Assembly (NCBI GenBank): GCA_965203445.1
Contig: OZ241883.1
Span: 1,952,001 to 2,016,000 of the forward strand
DNA length: 64,000 nt
Direction: 5' to 3'
DNA from: Candidatus Oxydemutator sp.
Lineage (GTDB): Bacteria; Pseudomonadota; Gammaproteobacteria; Poriferisulfidales; Oxydemutatoraceae
How positions within the stretch are numbered: position 1 is the stretch's first letter; every line of letters starts with the position of its first letter. A program made the translations under genes and the position numbers. The notes under the pieces are model-generated. The model saw nothing but the letters and a program-made list of their open reading frames with translations. It had not been told where the DNA came from and searched no databases. Below are positions 61,321 through 64,000 of the stretch, piece by piece.

Positions 61321-62241
61321 ATGGAGAAATTTCACGTATTGCACATGTTCACCTCGGCACCGAACCTGAGCCCGTTCGATGCCAACATGGCCGCGGACGC
61401 GGGCTGGCACACGCTGGTTCCGTACACCTCGCTGACGCTAGAGGACGTCCCCGCGTTGGTGCAGGACGCGATGTTTTCGCGCAGTCCCTCGGGTCTCAAG
61501 CGCACCGGCATATTCATCGGCGGGCGCGACCCGGGCGTCGCGCTCGAAATGCTCGAGCGGGCGCGCAAGGTCATGTTCCCGCCGTTTCAGATGTCGGTGT
61601 TCGCGGACCCGAGCGGTGCGTTCACGACCGCCGCCGGCATGATCGCCGCGGTCGAATCGAGGCTGCGACGCGATCACGACAGCGACTGGCAGGGCGCCGA
61701 CACGCTCATACTCGGCGGCACCGGCCCGGTCGGCCTGGCGGCCGCGATTCTCGCGTCGCAACTGGGTTCGTCGGTGACGATCATGAGTCGTTCGGCGCAA
61801 AGGGCCGAGGCGGCCGTTGACCAATGCCGCGCCTATGCGAGTGAAGGCGCGGCGTCCGCGGGCGGATCGCTGGCGGCGGCGGCTGACGCCGACAAGGCCG
61901 CGCGGCTTGCGCGAGCCGACGTCGTGCTGGCGACCGCGGCCGCCGGCGTCGAAATGCTGAGCGCGGACGAGGTCGCGGGCGCGCCGCGGCTGAAGGTGGC
62001 GGCCGACGTCAACGCGGTGCCGCCTTCGGGCGTCGCCGGCCTCGAGGCGCGGCACGACGGCGAGCCGTTGGCGGCCTCGAAGTCGGGCGCGGTCGGGGTC
62101 GGCGCGCTCGCGATTGGCAACATCAAGTACCAAGTGCAGCACCGGCTGTTGAAGAGCATGCGCGAAAGCGACGAACCGTTGTATCTACACTACGAAAGCG
62201 CCTGTGAAGCCGCGCGCGCATATGCCGTGCAGCGTGCCTGA
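61321..62241 (+). CDS. mtdB: NAD(P)-dependent methylene-H4MPT dehydrogenase
   Basis: SPFDANMAADAG, QDAMFSR.P, SVFADPSGAFTTAA, GGTGPVG, DVNAVPPSG, GALAIGNIKY. Confidence 0.9.
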   Translation: MEKFHVLHMFTSAPNLSPFDANMAADAGWHTLVPYTSLTLEDVPALVQDAMFSRSPSGLKRTGIFIGGRDPGVALEMLERARKVMFPPFQMSVFADPSGAFTTAAGMIAAVESRLRRDHDSDWQGADTLILGGTGPVGLAAAILASQLGSSVTIMSRSAQRAEAAVDQCRAYASEGAASAGGSLAAAADADKAARLARADVVLATAAAGVEMLSADEVAGAPRLKVAADVNAVPPSGVAGLEARHDGEPLAASKSGAVGVGALAIGNIKYQVQHRLLKSMRESDEPLYLHYESACEAARAYAVQRA

Positions 62242-63379
62242 GCGCGCGCCCGACGTGCTGATCATGGCCGCCAGCGCCCGTGCGCTGGCGCAGTCGGCGG
62301 TCAAGTCGGGTCTGCGCCCGGCGCTTATAGACGCCTTTTGCGACCGCGACGCGCACGCTTGCGCGGTTTCGCTGAGCCGCGTGCCGCTGACCGCCGACGG
62401 CCTGGAGCCTGCCTCGCTGCAACGGGCGTTTCGGCGCGTCTTGTCGCGTTTCGGCGCGACCCTCAAAGGCTGGGTCGCGGGTGCCGGTCTCGACAACCGG
62501 GGCGATCTGCTCGCCGACTTCGCCCGGCGTCTGCCGTTGTTCGGCAACGACGCGGAAGTTTTCAAGCGTTGTGCCCTGGCCATGGCGCCGGCATTTGCCG
62601 CCGACCTCGGGTTGCCTCCGTTGCCGGATAGCGCCGGATACCCGCGTCTGTCGAAGTCGCCGCTGCGCGCCGGCGGCGCGCATATCGAACGTGCCGGCAC
62701 TAGCGCGCGCAATCCCGCGCCGGACGGCGAGCGGCGCTACCGCCAGACGTATTTGCCCGGCGTCGGCGTCTCGCACCTGTTTGCAGCGAACGGGAAGGGT
62801 ATCGCGACCATCGGTTTTGGCACGCAATGGCATTCGCACCACGACCGGCGCCGCCCGTTCACCTACGGCGGCGCAATCAACCGCACCCCGCTGGGCGCAG
62901 CCGAGCGCGCGCAAGCCGAGATCTGGGCAAGCCGCCTGACTAAGACCTTGGGCTTACGCGGTATCAACAACGCCGATTACCTCTATTGCGCGGGTCGTCT
63001 GTATTTTCTTGAACTCAATCCGAGGCCGGGTGCGACGACGGCGTTGTACGACGCGGATTACCCGAGAGGATTGATCGAGGCGCATATGCAGGCTAGTCGT
63101 GGACGCTTGCCGACGCCGCGTCCAGTGGCCGCGACCAGGGCACAGGCGGTCGTATATGCGCGCCGCACCCTCGTACTTGCGGACGGCTTCCGGTGGCCGA
63201 GGGCGGCTTGCGACGTGCCGGCCGCAGGCGAAACGTTCGAGGCCGGGGCGCCGCTTTGCAGTCTGGCCGTCGAGGGTGGCGCGGTCGCCTCGGTGCTGTC
63301 GCGATTGCAGCGAGCGCTGCGTGACATGATGGATTTGCTGAATAAAAACGAGCAAGACGATGAAATACACGAGAAATAG
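62234..63379 (+). CDS. ATP-grasp protein of the H4MPT/methanofuran C1 cluster (OrfY-like)
   Basis: SARALAQSA...DAFCD.D, GGAHI, FLELNPRPG; lies between mtdB and mch. Confidence 0.8.
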   Translation: MPERAPDVLIMAASARALAQSAVKSGLRPALIDAFCDRDAHACAVSLSRVPLTADGLEPASLQRAFRRVLSRFGATLKGWVAGAGLDNRGDLLADFARRLPLFGNDAEVFKRCALAMAPAFAADLGLPPLPDSAGYPRLSKSPLRAGGAHIERAGTSARNPAPDGERRYRQTYLPGVGVSHLFAANGKGIATIGFGTQWHSHHDRRRPFTYGGAINRTPLGAAERAQAEIWASRLTKTLGLRGINNADYLYCAGRLYFLELNPRPGATTALYDADYPRGLIEAHMQASRGRLPTPRPVAATRAQAVVYARRTLVLADGFRWPRAACDVPAAGETFEAGAPLCSLAVEGGAVASVLSRLQRALRDMMDLLNKNEQDDEIHEK

Positions 63380-63429
63380 ATGTCTCAAAATGTAGCGCTC
63401 CCGAACCGGATAGCGGCTGCGACTGTCCT

Positions 63430-64000
63430 ATGAGCATACCCAGTCTCAACCGCCTGGCGATGCCGCTGGTAGAGCAGCTATGCGAAAAGCGGGCGCAGCT
63501 TGGCTTGGCCGTCGAACGCACCGCCGACGGCGTGTTGTTGGTGGACGCCGGTATCGTCGCGCGCGGTGGTCTCGAAGCCGGACGTCTGATCGCCGAGATT
63601 TGCTTAGGCGGCCTCGGCAGAGTCACGTTGACGCACGCCGGAGTCTCCCCGAAATGGCCGCTGACGCTGCACGTGCATACCGCGCAGCCGGTGCTGGCGT
63701 GTCTGGCGTCGCAGTACGCGGGCTGGAGCCTGGCGCACGGTGAGGGCCAGGACGCCTTTCACGCGCTGGGGTCGGGGCCGGCGCGCGCGTTGGCGGCGCG
63801 CGAACCGCTGTTCGAGGAATTGGCTTACCAGGACGACGCCGACGGCGCGGTATTGGTGCTCGAAACGGATGCGCCGCCGCCGCCGCCGTTGCTTCGCAGG
63901 ATCGCCGAAAATTGCGGCGTCGCCTGCGAACGCCTGAGCGTCATTTTGACGCCGACGTCGAGCCTGGCGGGCTCGGTGCAGGTGGTTGCCCGCGTCCTCG
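63430..64000 (+). CDS. mch: Methenyl-H4MPT cyclohydrolase (runs off the right edge)
   Basis: Manual translation MSIPSLNRLA...VDAGI..RGGLEAGRLIAEICLGGLG...LACLASQYAGWSL...LGSGPARALA. Confidence 0.93.
   Translation, partial: MSIPSLNRLAMPLVEQLCEKRAQLGLAVERTADGVLLVDAGIVARGGLEAGRLIAEICLGGLGRVTLTHAGVSPKWPLTLHVHTAQPVLACLASQYAGWSLAHGEGQDAFHALGSGPARALAAREPLFEELAYQDDADGAVLVLETDAPPPPPLLRRIAENCGVACERLSVILTPTSSLAGSVQVVARVL

Noticed and set aside
1-64000. Many long alternative-frame or antisense ORFs (e.g. 5965-7872, 14534-16534, 37424-39967, 51480-53318)
   Set aside because: They overlap well-supported genes and are Arg/Ala/Gly-rich shadows expected in high-GC DNA, with no motifs
1-64000. CRISPR array, tRNA or rRNA genes
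   Set aside because: No regularly spaced repeat-spacer array or recognisable structural RNA gene was seen by eye; a covariance-model scan was not run

Overview
High-GC chromosomal window, most consistent with a gammaproteobacterium. The backbone is housekeeping: mutS (partial), hinT, rimP-nusA-infB-rbfA-truB-rpsO-pnp-msrB, dksA, xseA, guaBA, tadA, mltF, rraA, aceA-icd, gltA, catalase, mobAB, moeB, serS and mutL-miaA-hfq. The right end has a SCO/MauG-like/TlpA module followed by the tetrahydromethanopterin (H4MPT) C1 genes mptG-mtdB-orfY-mch. Accessory content has four parts. (i) A PD-(D/E)xK nuclease gene lies between two IS481-like remnants (2.3-4.0 kb). (ii) A five-gene operon (21.8-25.9 kb) encodes an atypical AlkB/XylM-type membrane diiron monooxygenase, a divergent GST-fold protein, a 64-aa membrane protein, a FadL-like channel and a DUF4242 protein; a XylA-like reductase lies about 7.5 kb upstream. 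(iii) An intact 2616-bp IS1595-family element (26-bp TIRs, 8-bp TSD) carries a DNA methyltransferase-HNH fusion and splits a lipoprotein gene. (iv) There is a degenerate IS3, an intact IS5 and a solo IS1595-like end next to a RibD-C gene. The best candidates for an undescribed system are the monooxygenase operon (possibly feeding C1/H4MPT metabolism) and the transposon-borne MTase-HNH fusion. All family calls come from motif recognition by eye, with no database searches.
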